Part shown: in pieces, positions 51,147 through 62,037 of the stretch
How positions within the stretch are numbered: the first letter of the stretch is position 1
Layout: the number at the start of each line of letters is the position of its first letter
Assembly: GCA_031291675.1 (NCBI GenBank)
Contig: JARLIO010000084.1
Location: 10,282-74,281 of the forward strand
Reading direction: 5' to 3'
Source: Azospirillaceae bacterium
GTDB taxonomy: Bacteria > Pseudomonadota > Alphaproteobacteria > Azospirillales > Azospirillaceae
DNA length: 64,000 nucleotides
Notes under the pieces: model-generated
Database searches by the model: none
Told to the model about the DNA's origin: nothing
What the model saw: only the letters and a program-made list of their open reading frames with translations
Made by a program: the position numbers and the translations under genes

Positions 51147-53786
51147 ATGGACAAGAACATATACAAGTTCATTCTGCGTTACAGCGGGAGACAGCAGATT
51201 TGGCTGGTGTTTCTCACCTTGGTCTCGTTTCCTGCACTTTACTATTCTCTCGATCTGCCAAAAAAAATCGTCAATGAAGCCATCCATGGTGGCACATTCC
51301 CGAAGACGATGCTGAGTTTTCATTTTGATCAACTTGGATATCTCGCGGCGCTATCCGGTCTTTTTCTTATACTGGTCTTCATAAACGGCGGTTTCAAATA
51401 TTACATCAATCTCTATAAAGGCCAGATCGGCGAGAGAATGTTGCGCCGTATCCGCTACGATCTTTATCTTCGAATATTTCGTTTTCCGCTTCCGCAATTC
51501 TCGCGCATATCCTCGGGCGAAATCATTCCGATGATCACGGCAGAGATTGAACCCTTGGGCGGATTTATCGGGGACGCATTGTCGCAGCCGATTTTTCAGG
51601 GCGGAACGCTTCTGGTTTATATCGGTTTCATTTTTGCCCAGGATCCGGTTCTCGGGGCTGCGGCCGTTTCGCTCTATCCGGTGCAGGGCTGGCTGATCCC
51701 TTTTCTGCAACGAAAGGTCAATAACCTCGGCAAGAGGCGGGTCCGGGAGATGCGGCGGATCGCCGATCGAATCAGCGAGTCCGTCAACGGCATCCAGGAA
51801 ATCCATGGCCATGATGGCACGGCCTGGCACCTCGCCGACATCGCACATCGCTTCGGCGATATCTACGATATCCGCTTCGAAATCTATCGCCGGAAATTTT
51901 TTGTCAAATTCCTCAACAATTTCATCAATCAACTGACGCCGTTCTTCTTCTACTCGATCGGTGGCTATCTGGTGATCCGCGGCAGCCTGAGCTTTGGCGC
52001 CCTGGTCGCGGTGTTGGCGGCCTACAAGGACCTCGCCGGGCCGTGGAAGGAATTGCTCGATTACTACCAGCAAAAAGAGGATATCCGGATCAAATATGAG
52101 CAGGTTGTCGAGCAATTCCAGCCGCCCGGCCTGATGCCGTCGGCGCAGATCCTCGGGGATCCCGCCGTGGTGCCGCAATTCACCGGCGTTCTCAGTTTCC
52201 GCAAGGTCGGATATGCCGAGGATGGCGGGCCCCTGGTGCTCAACGACATCACCTGTGATATTCCGCTCGATGGCCACACCGCGATCGTGGGCGGCGCCGG
52301 CAAGGCTGAGATGGCGCAGATGCTGGCGCGACAGATTGTGCCGACGGTGGGCCGGATCACACTCGACGGCCAGGATCTGAGCCAGCTGCCCGACAGTGTC
52401 GTCGGACGGCGCATGGCCTTTGTCGGTCAGATGCCCTATTTTTTCTCATCCAGCCTGCGGCAAAATCTCTATTACGGCCTGCAGCACCGGCCGTTGCGCC
52501 CGGCACTCTATGATGGCGCGATCGAAACACGGATGCGCCGGCGCTTGTTCGAGGCGCGCCAGTCGGGCAACAGCACCGATGACCCCAACGCCGAATGGCT
52601 GGATTACGCCGCCGCCGGCTGTGATGACGATGCCGGACTGCGGCGGCGTGTGCTGGAGCTGGTAACCGGTGTCGATCTGGCCGAGGACGCCTATGCGATG
52701 GGCCTTCACGGCACCTTGAACCCGCAGCGCCAGCCCGAGGAGATTGCCAAGGTTCTGGCCGCCCGCGCCGCGGTGCGCGAGGCGCAAAAGGATCCGCGCC
52801 TGGGTGCCCTGTTCGAACAGTTCGATCCCGATCGCTACAATACCAACGCGTCGGTCGCGGAAAATCTGCTGTTCGGCATCGCGGTCGATTCGCGCCTGGC
52901 GCCCGAAAATCTCGCCGGCAATTCCTATGTCAAACAGGTTTTCGACAAGGTCGGCCTGACCAACGATTTCATCGAGATGGGGCGTAAAGTCGCGGAAACG
53001 ATGATCGAGCTGTTTGCCGACCTGCCCCCCGGGCATCAGTTCTTCGAGCAATTCAGCTTCATCTCCCTGGATGAAATGCCGGATTTCAGGGCGATCGTCA
53101 GCAAATGCGCCAAGGTTGGCGTCTCGGGGTTGGCCCGGGCGGAACGGCTGCGTCTGGTCAGTCTGCCCTTCAAACTGATTACCGCCCGCCATCGACTAGA
53201 CGTGCTGGGGCCGGACATGGAAACGCGGATCATCGCGGCGCGGCGGGTCTTCGCCGCCGATCTTCCGGCACGCTGGCGCGATGCCATCGCCTTTTTCGAC
53301 GTCAATGCCTATAATAGCGCCGCTTCTATTCAGGACAATATCCTGTTCGGGCGTATCGCTTATGGCCATGCCCATGGTGCCGTCAAGGCCGCGACTTTGA
53401 TTTCCCGCGTCGTCGACAAGGTCGGGTTGCGTAGCGCCATTGTCGATGCCGGTCTCGACCAGCCGGTCGGGGTGTCGGGCTCGCGTCTGTCGACGGTCCA
53501 ACGTCAGAAGGCGGCGATCGCCCGGGCATTGATCAAGCGTCCCGACCTGTTGGTTTTGAGCGAAACGACGGCCGCGCTGGATGGCGTCGCCCAGACACGG
53601 ATCCACCAGACCATCCTGAACGAGCGCAAAGGAAAGGGATTGGTCTGGGTTTTGCATAGGCCACGCCTGGCCCGAACCTTCGATCACATCCTGGTGCTCG
53701 ACAATGGCCATCTCATCGAGCAAGGTTCGTTCGAGCAGTTGAATCGTCCTGGAACTAAATTTCATACCCTGCTTCAGGATGAATAG
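51147..53786 (+). CDS. ABC exporter-like protein (TMD plus atypical, expanded NBD)
   Basis: N-terminal ABC transmembrane domain; NBD with degenerate motifs IVGGAGKAE, LSTVQRQ and LVLSETT, and a large internal insertion. Confidence 0.85.
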   Translation: MDKNIYKFILRYSGRQQIWLVFLTLVSFPALYYSLDLPKKIVNEAIHGGTFPKTMLSFHFDQLGYLAALSGLFLILVFINGGFKYYINLYKGQIGERMLRRIRYDLYLRIFRFPLPQFSRISSGEIIPMITAEIEPLGGFIGDALSQPIFQGGTLLVYIGFIFAQDPVLGAAAVSLYPVQGWLIPFLQRKVNNLGKRRVREMRRIADRISESVNGIQEIHGHDGTAWHLADIAHRFGDIYDIRFEIYRRKFFVKFLNNFINQLTPFFFYSIGGYLVIRGSLSFGALVAVLAAYKDLAGPWKELLDYYQQKEDIRIKYEQVVEQFQPPGLMPSAQILGDPAVVPQFTGVLSFRKVGYAEDGGPLVLNDITCDIPLDGHTAIVGGAGKAEMAQMLARQIVPTVGRITLDGQDLSQLPDSVVGRRMAFVGQMPYFFSSSLRQNLYYGLQHRPLRPALYDGAIETRMRRRLFEARQSGNSTDDPNAEWLDYAAAGCDDDAGLRRRVLELVTGVDLAEDAYAMGLHGTLNPQRQPEEIAKVLAARAAVREAQKDPRLGALFEQFDPDRYNTNASVAENLLFGIAVDSRLAPENLAGNSYVKQVFDKVGLTNDFIEMGRKVAETMIELFADLPPGHQFFEQFSFISLDEMPDFRAIVSKCAKVGVSGLARAERLRLVSLPFKLITARHRLDVLGPDMETRIIAARRVFAADLPARWRDAIAFFDVNAYNSAASIQDNILFGRIAYGHAHGAVKAATLISRVVDKVGLRSAIVDAGLDQPVGVSGSRLSTVQRQKAAIARALIKRPDLLVLSETTAALDGVAQTRIHQTILNERKGKGLVWVLHRPRLARTFDHILVLDNGHLIEQGSFEQLNRPGTKFHTLLQDE

Positions 53787-53866
53787 ATGCTGGATGTCAT
53801 GACCGCAGTGGCGCCGGCAGGGGTAGCGCCCGGGTTCCCTCGGGAACCGATCAAGGAGTGCGTATC

Positions 53867-54325
53867 GTGAGTCTGGCGGAAGAAGTGGAGTTGCTGCGCA
53901 GGATCCCGCTGTTTCACAAGCTGGAGCCGTCCAAGCTGAAGCTGTTGGCTTTTGCCAGCGAGCGGATTCGCTTTGGCGCCGGTGATCTGCTGTGCCGCCA
54001 GGACGAACCGGGGTCCTCGGCCTTCATTGTGATTTGCGGTGAAGCCGAGGTGTTGCTGGAAACACCGGGGGGGCCGGTGCCCCTGGCCCATGTCGGCAAG
54101 AACGACATCATCGGCGAGATTGCGATCCTCTGCGACAGTCCGCGCAGTGCGACGGTGCGCGCGACGACCGATCTGGTTGCGCTGTGCATCACCAAGGAAA
54201 CGCTGCTCTGCCTGATCAACGAATTTCCCCAGATGGCGATCGAAATGCTGCGCATCCTGGCGGCGCGTCTGGAACACACCAACCGGGAACTTCGGTCAAT
54301 CGTCAGTGCCGCCGCCACACACTGA
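53867..54325 (+). CDS. Stand-alone cyclic nucleotide-binding domain protein
   Basis: Motifs LRRIPLF and GEIAILCDSPRSATVRA (phosphate-binding cassette); no HTH; AAGGAG RBS. Confidence 0.9.
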   Translation: MSLAEEVELLRRIPLFHKLEPSKLKLLAFASERIRFGAGDLLCRQDEPGSSAFIVICGEAEVLLETPGGPVPLAHVGKNDIIGEIAILCDSPRSATVRATTDLVALCITKETLLCLINEFPQMAIEMLRILAARLEHTNRELRSIVSAAATH

Positions 54326-55228
54326 TACCGTGGCGGCGGCGGCGCGCCCGGTCCTTGGCCGCGAGGCGATGACGACGCCGGCACTGGCGATCGACACCGC
54401 GGCGACGCCGGCGATCTGCAGGACACAGAGGCGTTGCTCGAGCAGCGCATAACCGCATAAAGCCGAGATCGCCGGTTCCGCACTCATCAGGATGCCGAAT
54501 TGCCACGCCGCGAGGCGGCGCAACGCCGCCATCTCCAGGGCGAAGGGCAGAACCGTGGCCGGCAGCGCCAGCATCGCCGCGAATCCCACATCGATCATAA
54601 GGTCCGTCGGGCTCGCGGGAAGGGTTTGGTGATGGAGCGCGATCACCGTCAAGGTCACCGGGCTTGCGGCCAGGGCGGCGACCAGCAGCGACACCGACAA
54701 TCCCTGGACGCCACGGAATGTGGTCCCGACGCGTTTGGTCAGGACGATGTAGGCCGCCCAGCCCAGGCCGGCACCCGCCGCAAACATCAGGCCGAGGGCG
54801 TCGCCGGGACCGTCGACGCGGTTCCAGGCCAACAGCAGCACCCCGGTGCCGGCCAGCAGGGCCCAGAGCAGGTCCAGCGCGCGTCGCGATCCCGCAATGG
54901 CAACGGCCAGCGGTCCGAGGAAATCGATCGTCGTCGCCATGCCCATGGGGAGGCGGGCGATGGCCTGATAATAGCACAGGGTCATGAACGCCGTGGCGAT
55001 CCCCAGCGCCAGCGCGGCCCCCAGGGAACGGCGCGATTGCCCCGACAAGCGGGGGGGCGCAATGACGAGCAGAATGATCGCGGCGCCCAGCAGGCGCAGC
55101 TCAGCGGTCGCCGCAGTCCCGATTCGGTCCAGCAGGGGAACCGAAAGCGCGGCCCCGATCTGGACCGTCAGCATCGAGCCCAAGGTCAGAACGGGGGCCG
55201 GAATCGCCGCCGCTGCATCGCGTGCCAT
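54296..55228 (-). CDS. EamA/DMT transporter (RhtA-like)
   Basis: Motifs VQIGAAL, ARLPMGMATTIDFLGPL and LEMAALRRL...LMSAEPA. Confidence 0.88.
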   Translation of the reverse strand: MARDAAAAIPAPVLTLGSMLTVQIGAALSVPLLDRIGTAATAELRLLGAAIILLVIAPPRLSGQSRRSLGAALALGIATAFMTLCYYQAIARLPMGMATTIDFLGPLAVAIAGSRRALDLLWALLAGTGVLLLAWNRVDGPGDALGLMFAAGAGLGWAAYIVLTKRVGTTFRGVQGLSVSLLVAALAASPVTLTVIALHHQTLPASPTDLMIDVGFAAMLALPATVLPFALEMAALRRLAAWQFGILMSAEPAISALCGYALLEQRLCVLQIAGVAAVSIASAGVVIASRPRTGRAAAATVSVCGGGTDD

Positions 55229-55289
55229 AGTGTGTCATCCAATTTGCCGTTCGCGGCTGCGAGAAACGCTGACGCGCCGGCGCGACGGC

Positions 55290-55330
55290 CGGTGCCCGGT
55301 GTTCGCTCGGTGCCCGGTGTTCGCTCGGTG
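55290..55330. repeat. 18-bp tandem duplication
   Basis: CGGTGCCCGGTGTTCGCT twice, followed by CGGTG. Confidence 0.8.
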
Positions 55331-55332
55331 GC

Positions 55333-56127
55333 TCAGAGCGCCAGATCCACCAGCACCGGAACGTGATCCGAGGGCTTCGGTTCCCAGCCGCGGGCGTCCC
55401 GCAGCACCTGATAACCCGCCAGCGCCGGCACCAGCGCGGGCGAGACCCAGATATGATCGAGGTGGCGGCCGCGGTTGCTGACGTTCCAATCCTGGGCCCG
55501 GTAACTCCACCAAGTATAGAGCTTTTCGTTCGCCGGGACGAAATGACGGCCGACATCAACCCAGTTGCCGGCTTGCTGCAGCGCCGTCAGTTTTTCGATC
55601 TCGATCGCGGTATGCGACACCACATCCTGCATCTGCTTGTGCGACCAGACGTCATGTTCCAGCGGGGCGATGTTGAAATCGCCGAGCATGATCCGGCGCC
55701 GTGCCGGGTCCTGACGTTCGCCGCACCAGCCGGCCATTTCATCGAGAAATTGCAGCTTGTGGGCGAATTTGGGATTGGCCACCGGGTCTGGAATGTCACC
55801 GCCCGAGGGCACATAGACCGAATGCAGTTCGACGTCACCCGGCAATTCGGCGATGGCATGGCGGCAATCCTCGCGACCGCACCAGTTGCGCCGGGCACAA
55901 TCCGTCAGCGGCAAGCGCGACAGGATCGCGACACCGTTATAGGATTTCATCCCGTGGACATGGCCGAAATTGTAACCGCGCTCGGCGATGGCGGCCATCG
56001 GGAAACTGTCATCGACGACCTTGGTTTCCTGCAGACAGATAACGTCGGGGGCGGTTTCGTCGATCAGGCGCAGCAACAGGGGCAGTCGCAGGCGGACCGA
56101 ATTGATGTTCCAGGTGACGATACGCAA
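55333..56127 (-). CDS. xth: Exodeoxyribonuclease III
   Basis: Motifs TWNINSVR, LQETK, YNGVAILS, GDFNIAP, YTWWSYR and SDHVP. Confidence 0.95.
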   Translation of the reverse strand: MRIVTWNINSVRLRLPLLLRLIDETAPDVICLQETKVVDDSFPMAAIAERGYNFGHVHGMKSYNGVAILSRLPLTDCARRNWCGREDCRHAIAELPGDVELHSVYVPSGGDIPDPVANPKFAHKLQFLDEMAGWCGERQDPARRRIMLGDFNIAPLEHDVWSHKQMQDVVSHTAIEIEKLTALQQAGNWVDVGRHFVPANEKLYTWWSYRAQDWNVSNRGRHLDHIWVSPALVPALAGYQVLRDARGWEPKPSDHVPVLVDLAL

Positions 56128-56280
56128 ATCGGGTCTCTCGACGCCAGTGGCGGCCCAGGGCCGGATGGCGTCAAGTCCTACCGGGTTCCGGCGGCAATGC
56201 CAAGCGGGGGCTGCAACCTAATCCGCCGAACGGGGCGGCGCGCGGTTGACGTCTTCACCCCCGGTTCGGTGTTGCCGCGT

Positions 56281-56931
56281 TCAGCGGTGATGATCCACGG
56301 TGGGCGCGTGGAAATAGAACAGGTCGGAATCGAGAGCCATGCCGGTCTGTGGATTCTGCAGAGCGACCTCGGTGATCGCGTTCTGGGCGTCGACGACGCG
56401 CCATTTGCGCAGATTGAATGGCCGGTCTTCAAATACCAGAGTCAATTCGCCCTTTCCGGGATCCTTGGTTTCGATCATCGAGATGTCGAGTTCGCCGGAA
56501 ACATGGACGACCCGGGTCACGGTGATGTCACCTTCAAGGCGCACCGGATCGCGCAGAATCAGATCGGCCAGGGAACTGCCCAGGGGCGCGCTGCTCTGCT
56601 GCTGCAACTCGCCATCCCAATACGACACGAACAGACCGTCGGAAACCACAAGGCTGTCATTGGGCGCGTCATATTGCAGGCGCATCTTGCCGGGGCGCTG
56701 CATCGAGAACACCCCCTTGGACACGCTGCCATCGGGATTGCCCTGGATGAAGCCGGCACGGAGTGTTTTGATCCCGTTGAGATAGGTTTCAGCCCGTGTG
56801 ACCTCGGCACGTTCGGCATCGGTCAGGGGTCGCACCGTGGCGCTGGCCGGGAGCCCCGGAACGGTGAGCAGCAGGGCCAGCAACAGGGTCAACCGGTTCA
56901 GGACGGCACGAATTGGTTTCATCATCATCAT
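56281..56931 (-). CDS. lolA: Outer-membrane lipoprotein carrier LolA
   Basis: Signal peptide; motif YLNGIKTLRAGFIQ...QRPGKMRLQY; downstream of ftsK. The exact Met among four tandem ATGs is uncertain. Confidence 0.85.
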   Translation of the reverse strand: MMMMKPIRAVLNRLTLLLALLLTVPGLPASATVRPLTDAERAEVTRAETYLNGIKTLRAGFIQGNPDGSVSKGVFSMQRPGKMRLQYDAPNDSLVVSDGLFVSYWDGELQQQSSAPLGSSLADLILRDPVRLEGDITVTRVVHVSGELDISMIETKDPGKGELTLVFEDRPFNLRKWRVVDAQNAITEVALQNPQTGMALDSDLFYFHAPTVDHHR

Positions 56932-56977
56932 GGCCGCCGCCCGGGAAAGGTCGCATCGCTTCGGGGGGCGGCATGCC

Positions 56978-59800
56978 TCAGTTGAGCCGATCACGATCGT
57001 CGATATTACGCGCAAGGACTTCGCGCTTGCCAACATGGTTGGCCTGGCTGACAACGCCTTCCTGTTCCATCCGTTCGATCAGGCGGGCCGCCCGGTTGTA
57101 GCCGATCTGCAAATGCCGCTGGACGAAGCTGGTCGAGGCCTTGCGTTCACGGCTCACCAGCTCGACGGCCCGGTCATACAGCTCGTCACCCGAGCCACCA
57201 CGGCCGGTGCCACCCTCCTCTTCGAGGGCCGGCAGCTCTTCCTGGTCCTCGGTCACGGCCTCCACATAATTCGGCTCGCCTTGCATTTTCAAGTGGCTGA
57301 CGATCTTTTCGACCTCGTCATCGCGAACGAACGGGCCATGGACCCGGGTGATCCGGCCGCCACCCGCCATATACAGCATGTCACCCTGGCCCAATAGTTG
57401 TTCGGCGCCCTGTTCGCCCAGGATGGTCCGGCTGTCGATCTTCGAGGTGACCTGAAAGCTGATCCGGGTCGGGAAATTGGCCTTGATCGTGCCGGTGATG
57501 ACGTCGACCGACGGCCGTTGCGTTGCCATGATCAGATGCAGGCCGGCCGCACGGGCCATCTGGGCCAGGCGCTGGATCGTCGCCTCAATGTCCTTGCCGG
57601 CGACCAGCATCAGGTCGGCCATCTCATCGACGACGATGACGATATAAGGCAGTTCGGTCAGATCGAGCGGCTGGTCCTCGAACAAGGGCTTGCCGGTGTC
57701 GGGGTCGAACCCGGTCTGGACCCGCCGGGTCAGCGATTCATTGTTGGCGCGAGCCTCTCGCAATCGGGCGTTGTAGCCCTCGATGTTGCGAACGCCGAGC
57801 TTGGACATCGCGCGATAACGGTCCTCCATCTCGCGCACCGCCCATTTCAGGGCGACGACGGCCTTCTTGGATTCGGTGACGACCGGGGCCAGCAGATGGG
57901 GGATGCCCTCATAGACCGACAGCTCCAGCATCTTGGGATCGACCATGATGAAGCGGCAACGATCCGGCGGCATCCGGTACAACAGGGACAGGATCATGAC
58001 ATTGATCGCGACCGATTTGCCCGACCCGGTGGTTCCGGCGACCAGCAGGTGGGGCATCCGCGACAGATCGGCGATGATCGGGCCGCCGCCGATATCCTTG
58101 CCGAGGATCAGGGGCAGCTTGGCGCTGGTTCGCTGATAGGACTCGTGCTCCAGCAATTCGCGCAGATAGACCATCTCGCGCTTGGCATTGGGCAACTCGA
58201 CGCCGATGACATTGCGGCCCGGGACCACCGCGACCCGGACCGAAACCGCGCTCATTGATCGGGCGATGTCGTCGGCCAGCCCGATCACACGCGATGATTT
58301 GGTGCCCGGCGCCGGTTCCAGCTCGTACAAGGTGACGACCGGGCCCGGATGGGCCTGAGCAATGGTGCCGCGGACGCCAAAGTCGCTCAACACGCCCTCA
58401 AGCTCACCGGCATTGCGGTGCAGCGCCTCCGGGGTCTGGGTCGCCGGAAGATGGTTTGGGGGCGGTCGCTGCAACAAGGTGACCGGCGGGAGTTCGTAAT
58501 CGTCCTCAGCGACAGGCTCGACGTCAATGATGGGCCGGGCCAGGGCTTCGGTCCGCTCGGCGTGTTTCTCGACCTGTCCCGGACGCTCGCCGTGACCCGG
58601 GGATTCGGGTCGCGGGGCGGCCGTGCGCAGGGTCGGAACCGTCGGCATCGCGATACGCCGGTGTTCCAGGCCGGGCAGCGGATCTTCCTCCCGGAACCCG
58701 TCAATTTGGGACGGCGCGGGCCGGGCAGGCGCGGGCCGGGACGGACCGGGATCGTCGGGGCGATCAAGGTCCGTCGGTCCGTCTTGGCGCCGGGCGCGCA
58801 GGGACCCGGGCGCCAGATCAGGGTCCGGAAAGGCAAAGGCATCCGAGGCCGGTTGATCGCCGGTAGGATCGCTGAAGGGGGGTTCGGCAAAGGGCGCGTC
58901 GGTGAAGGACGCGTCGGTGAAGCGGGGCGCGGTGAACGGCGGTGCGCGGTGATCGGTGCGCCCGGTGTCAGGGGCCGGCGAGGGGTCGCCGGGCCGCGCC
59001 GAAGTCCGGGACCGGCCGAAGCCCTCGAAGACGCCCGCGCTGCCACGGCGCATGCCGCGGAACGCCAGGACGCCGCCGCTGAGCGCGCTGCGCCCCAGGA
59101 AACGCCCGAACGCCAGCAGCATACGACCGCCGGCCAGGGCGCTTTGCCCCAGATGGTCCGGCTTCAGGTCGCGGAGAGAAACCTGCAGCGAGGCCCCCAG
59201 GGTCAAGAGCGCCAAAACGCCCGCCACGGTTGCAATCGAGGTTGGCGCGATCGCGCCCAGCCACCGGCCACCCAGCACGGCCAGGGCCGGCAGCAACACC
59301 TCGCCACTGGCACCGCCCAGATGCGCCTGCGTCAACGGCCAGGAGTCGAAACGCGGGATCGTCGACAGGGTGATGGTGGCGAAAACCACGCCGATCAGCG
59401 CCAGCGCCAGACGCAGGGGCAGGAATTTGACGCCCCGGTGACTCATGATCCGCAGGCCCCAACCCATAATGATCGCACCGATCAGATAGGCCGCCAAGCC
59501 CAGCAACTGCATCAGCAGGTCGGCAACATCGGCACCGGGGCGACCGAGGACATTGAGGATCGGCTGATCGATCGCCGGATTGGTCGAGGTGTCGAACGAG
59601 GGGTCGGCGGGGCTATAGGTCAGGATGACGGCGATCAGCAACAAACCGAACGCGGTGACCAGCAGTCCGCCGGCTTCGATTGCCCGATGGTGCAGGAAAG
59701 CGGTGACCTGGGGCGGCAGCAACCGGACCTTCTCCGGCCGGCCGGCACGGACCGTACTGCGAGGCTTGCCGGCCGCGGCACGGTTGGGAGAGATGGCCAT
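56978..59800 (-). CDS. ftsK: DNA translocase FtsK
   Basis: 4TM N-terminal domain; motifs [22 protein letters not shown] and ATQRPSVDV; gamma domain [21 protein letters not shown]. Confidence 0.97.
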   Translation of the reverse strand: MAISPNRAAAGKPRSTVRAGRPEKVRLLPPQVTAFLHHRAIEAGGLLVTAFGLLLIAVILTYSPADPSFDTSTNPAIDQPILNVLGRPGADVADLLMQLLGLAAYLIGAIIMGWGLRIMSHRGVKFLPLRLALALIGVVFATITLSTIPRFDSWPLTQAHLGGASGEVLLPALAVLGGRWLGAIAPTSIATVAGVLALLTLGASLQVSLRDLKPDHLGQSALAGGRMLLAFGRFLGRSALSGGVLAFRGMRRGSAGVFEGFGRSRTSARPGDPSPAPDTGRTDHRAPPFTAPRFTDASFTDAPFAEPPFSDPTGDQPASDAFAFPDPDLAPGSLRARRQDGPTDLDRPDDPGPSRPAPARPAPSQIDGFREEDPLPGLEHRRIAMPTVPTLRTAAPRPESPGHGERPGQVEKHAERTEALARPIIDVEPVAEDDYELPPVTLLQRPPPNHLPATQTPEALHRNAGELEGVLSDFGVRGTIAQAHPGPVVTLYELEPAPGTKSSRVIGLADDIARSMSAVSVRVAVVPGRNVIGVELPNAKREMVYLRELLEHESYQRTSAKLPLILGKDIGGGPIIADLSRMPHLLVAGTTGSGKSVAINVMILSLLYRMPPDRCRFIMVDPKMLELSVYEGIPHLLAPVVTESKKAVVALKWAVREMEDRYRAMSKLGVRNIEGYNARLREARANNESLTRRVQTGFDPDTGKPLFEDQPLDLTELPYIVIVVDEMADLMLVAGKDIEATIQRLAQMARAAGLHLIMATQRPSVDVITGTIKANFPTRISFQVTSKIDSRTILGEQGAEQLLGQGDMLYMAGGGRITRVHGPFVRDDEVEKIVSHLKMQGEPNYVEAVTEDQEELPALEEEGGTGRGGSGDELYDRAVELVSRERKASTSFVQRHLQIGYNRAARLIERMEQEGVVSQANHVGKREVLARNIDDRDRLN

Positions 59801-59886
59801 TGCTCGTCCTCGACTGGTTGCTTGCCTCGGGGTGCCGTCGCGGGTCCTTGGCTGTTGGGGGGGTTGTTGGGGGCGGTTGTTGAAGA

Positions 59887-61152
59887 TCAGCGCGGTTGGT
59901 CGCCCGGCGACGTCGCCGGCCCTTGGGCCCGGACGGGCGCCGGATCAAGGATAGCCGCGATCAGCGCGCAATTCTCGAAGATGATTTCGGGTTCATGAAC
60001 CAGGGCGATCCGAAGATAGCGTGCCGAGACGTTGTTGCCGTCGCGATCGGGCCGGGCCAGGTAGGCACCCGGCAGTGTCTTGATCGCAGCCTGCTGCCAC
60101 AGCTTCGCCGCGGCGGCTTCGCCATCGCCGACATCGAGCCACAGGAAGAATCCACCCGGTGGCCGGTAGAAACCAAGGCGCCCCGACAGCGCCCGTTCGG
60201 CGGCATCGATTCGCGCCCGATAGCGGTCGCGGCTTTCGACGACATGGGCCTCGTCCCGCCACAGGGCGGCGGAGGCGGCAAGGATCGGCAGCGGAACACC
60301 GGCCAAGCCATAGCTGCGCAGCGTGGCGAAAGCGCGGATCAGTGCCGGATCGCCTGCAACGAACCCGGAACGAATGCCAGCCGCGCTCGATCGTTTCGAA
60401 AGCGAATTGAAAACCAGCAGCCCTGTCATGTCGCCGTCGGCCGCTTCCAGCAGACCCGGCGGTGCCGCGCGATCATAGATCTCTGCGTAGCATTCGTCGG
60501 CGACCAGCACGAAGCCATAGTGGCGGGCCAGTGCGATGGCGCGGCGCAAATAGGCCAGATCGGCAATGGCGCCCTGCGGATTGCTTGGGCTGCACAGGTA
60601 AAACAAGGCGGTGCGCGACAACAGCGCGGGCGTCAGCGCATCGAGGTCGGGGAGGAACCCGGTGTCCGGCGTCGCCGACAGGAACACCGGCTCGGCGCGG
60701 GCCATCGCCGCGGCGCCCGCATAGACCGCATAAAATGGATTGGGGATCAGCACGGCGGGCACCGCCCTCCCGTGACGCAGACGGGGGACGGCCAGCAACG
60801 CGACCTGGAACAGGGCTTCACGGGTCCCTGAAACCGGCAGGATCATGGTTTGCGGATCGACGAGGCGGTCGGCGAGACCATAGCGCCGGCACAGCCAGCC
60901 GGCCACCGCGGCCCGGAAATCCTCGGTCCCGTTGACCGGGGGGTATTTGCCCCACAAATGAGCAGAGGCGTGGAGGATTTCGTCGATCAGCGCCGGCGGT
61001 GGCTGTTGGGGTTCGCCGATCGACATCAGGACCGGCGGCCGGTTGGCATCGACCCGCGTCGTTGCCAGCAAACAGTTCAGCCGCGCGAAGGGGTAGTCCG
61101 GAAGTTGATCAAGCGCATCGTTGAGCTCGATCGCAGGGGGCGCCGAAATCAT
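59887..61152 (-). CDS. PLP-dependent aminotransferase class I/II (DapC-like)
   Basis: Motifs [29 protein letters not shown] and NSLSKRS; start uncertain. Confidence 0.88.
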   Translation of the reverse strand: MISAPPAIELNDALDQLPDYPFARLNCLLATTRVDANRPPVLMSIGEPQQPPPALIDEILHASAHLWGKYPPVNGTEDFRAAVAGWLCRRYGLADRLVDPQTMILPVSGTREALFQVALLAVPRLRHGRAVPAVLIPNPFYAVYAGAAAMARAEPVFLSATPDTGFLPDLDALTPALLSRTALFYLCSPSNPQGAIADLAYLRRAIALARHYGFVLVADECYAEIYDRAAPPGLLEAADGDMTGLLVFNSLSKRSSAAGIRSGFVAGDPALIRAFATLRSYGLAGVPLPILAASAALWRDEAHVVESRDRYRARIDAAERALSGRLGFYRPPGGFFLWLDVGDGEAAAAKLWQQAAIKTLPGAYLARPDRDGNNVSARYLRIALVHEPEIIFENCALIAAILDPAPVRAQGPATSPGDQPR

Positions 61153-61357
61153 CCGCGGGTACCGGTCACTGTCATCGGAAAGGAAAGCCACTCGGGATGT
61201 GGCGCCGAGGGCGTCAAGACGGCGGCGGCTGGTGCGATCCGCATCACCGCCCATCCGATCCCCGCCGGTGCCGCCTCCGAGCATCCCGACGCAGTCTAAC
61301 CGTTGACGACCGTGCGGACAAGAGGGGCGCGATTTCGGTTTTCGTTGTCAGTCCAGG

Positions 61358-61405
61358 ACATTGGCCAGCACATTGGCCAAGACATCGGCCAGCGCATTGG
61401 CGCTG
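61358..61405. repeat. Degenerate 12-bp tandem repeat, four units
   Basis: ACATTGGCCAGC / ACATTGGCCAAG / ACATCGGCCAGC / GCATTGGCGCTG. Confidence 0.7.
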
Positions 61406-61566
61406 TCGCTTTTCGGGGTGGCTCCATGCCGCGGAACGGTGCCGCGTGGCGCGACCGCAGGCCCCGGCTGGTCGTCCCGGCCCGGTCGAGAACGCCGAAG
61501 CCGGATCAGGACGACGCAGCGAGGGCAGTGGCCGGGCAAGGCGGCCGGGGGACGGTAACCTCCGGG

Positions 61567-61926
<360 letters not shown>

Positions 61927-62037
61927 TTAGTTCCAGCCAGCGCGATGCCCTGACGCCAGCGATTGTCTGAGCGTATGACCTGCGGCTGCATATCGGTACA
62001 GCTTGGGCTTGCGGCTCAAGGCTCAAGCGAGTTCCAA

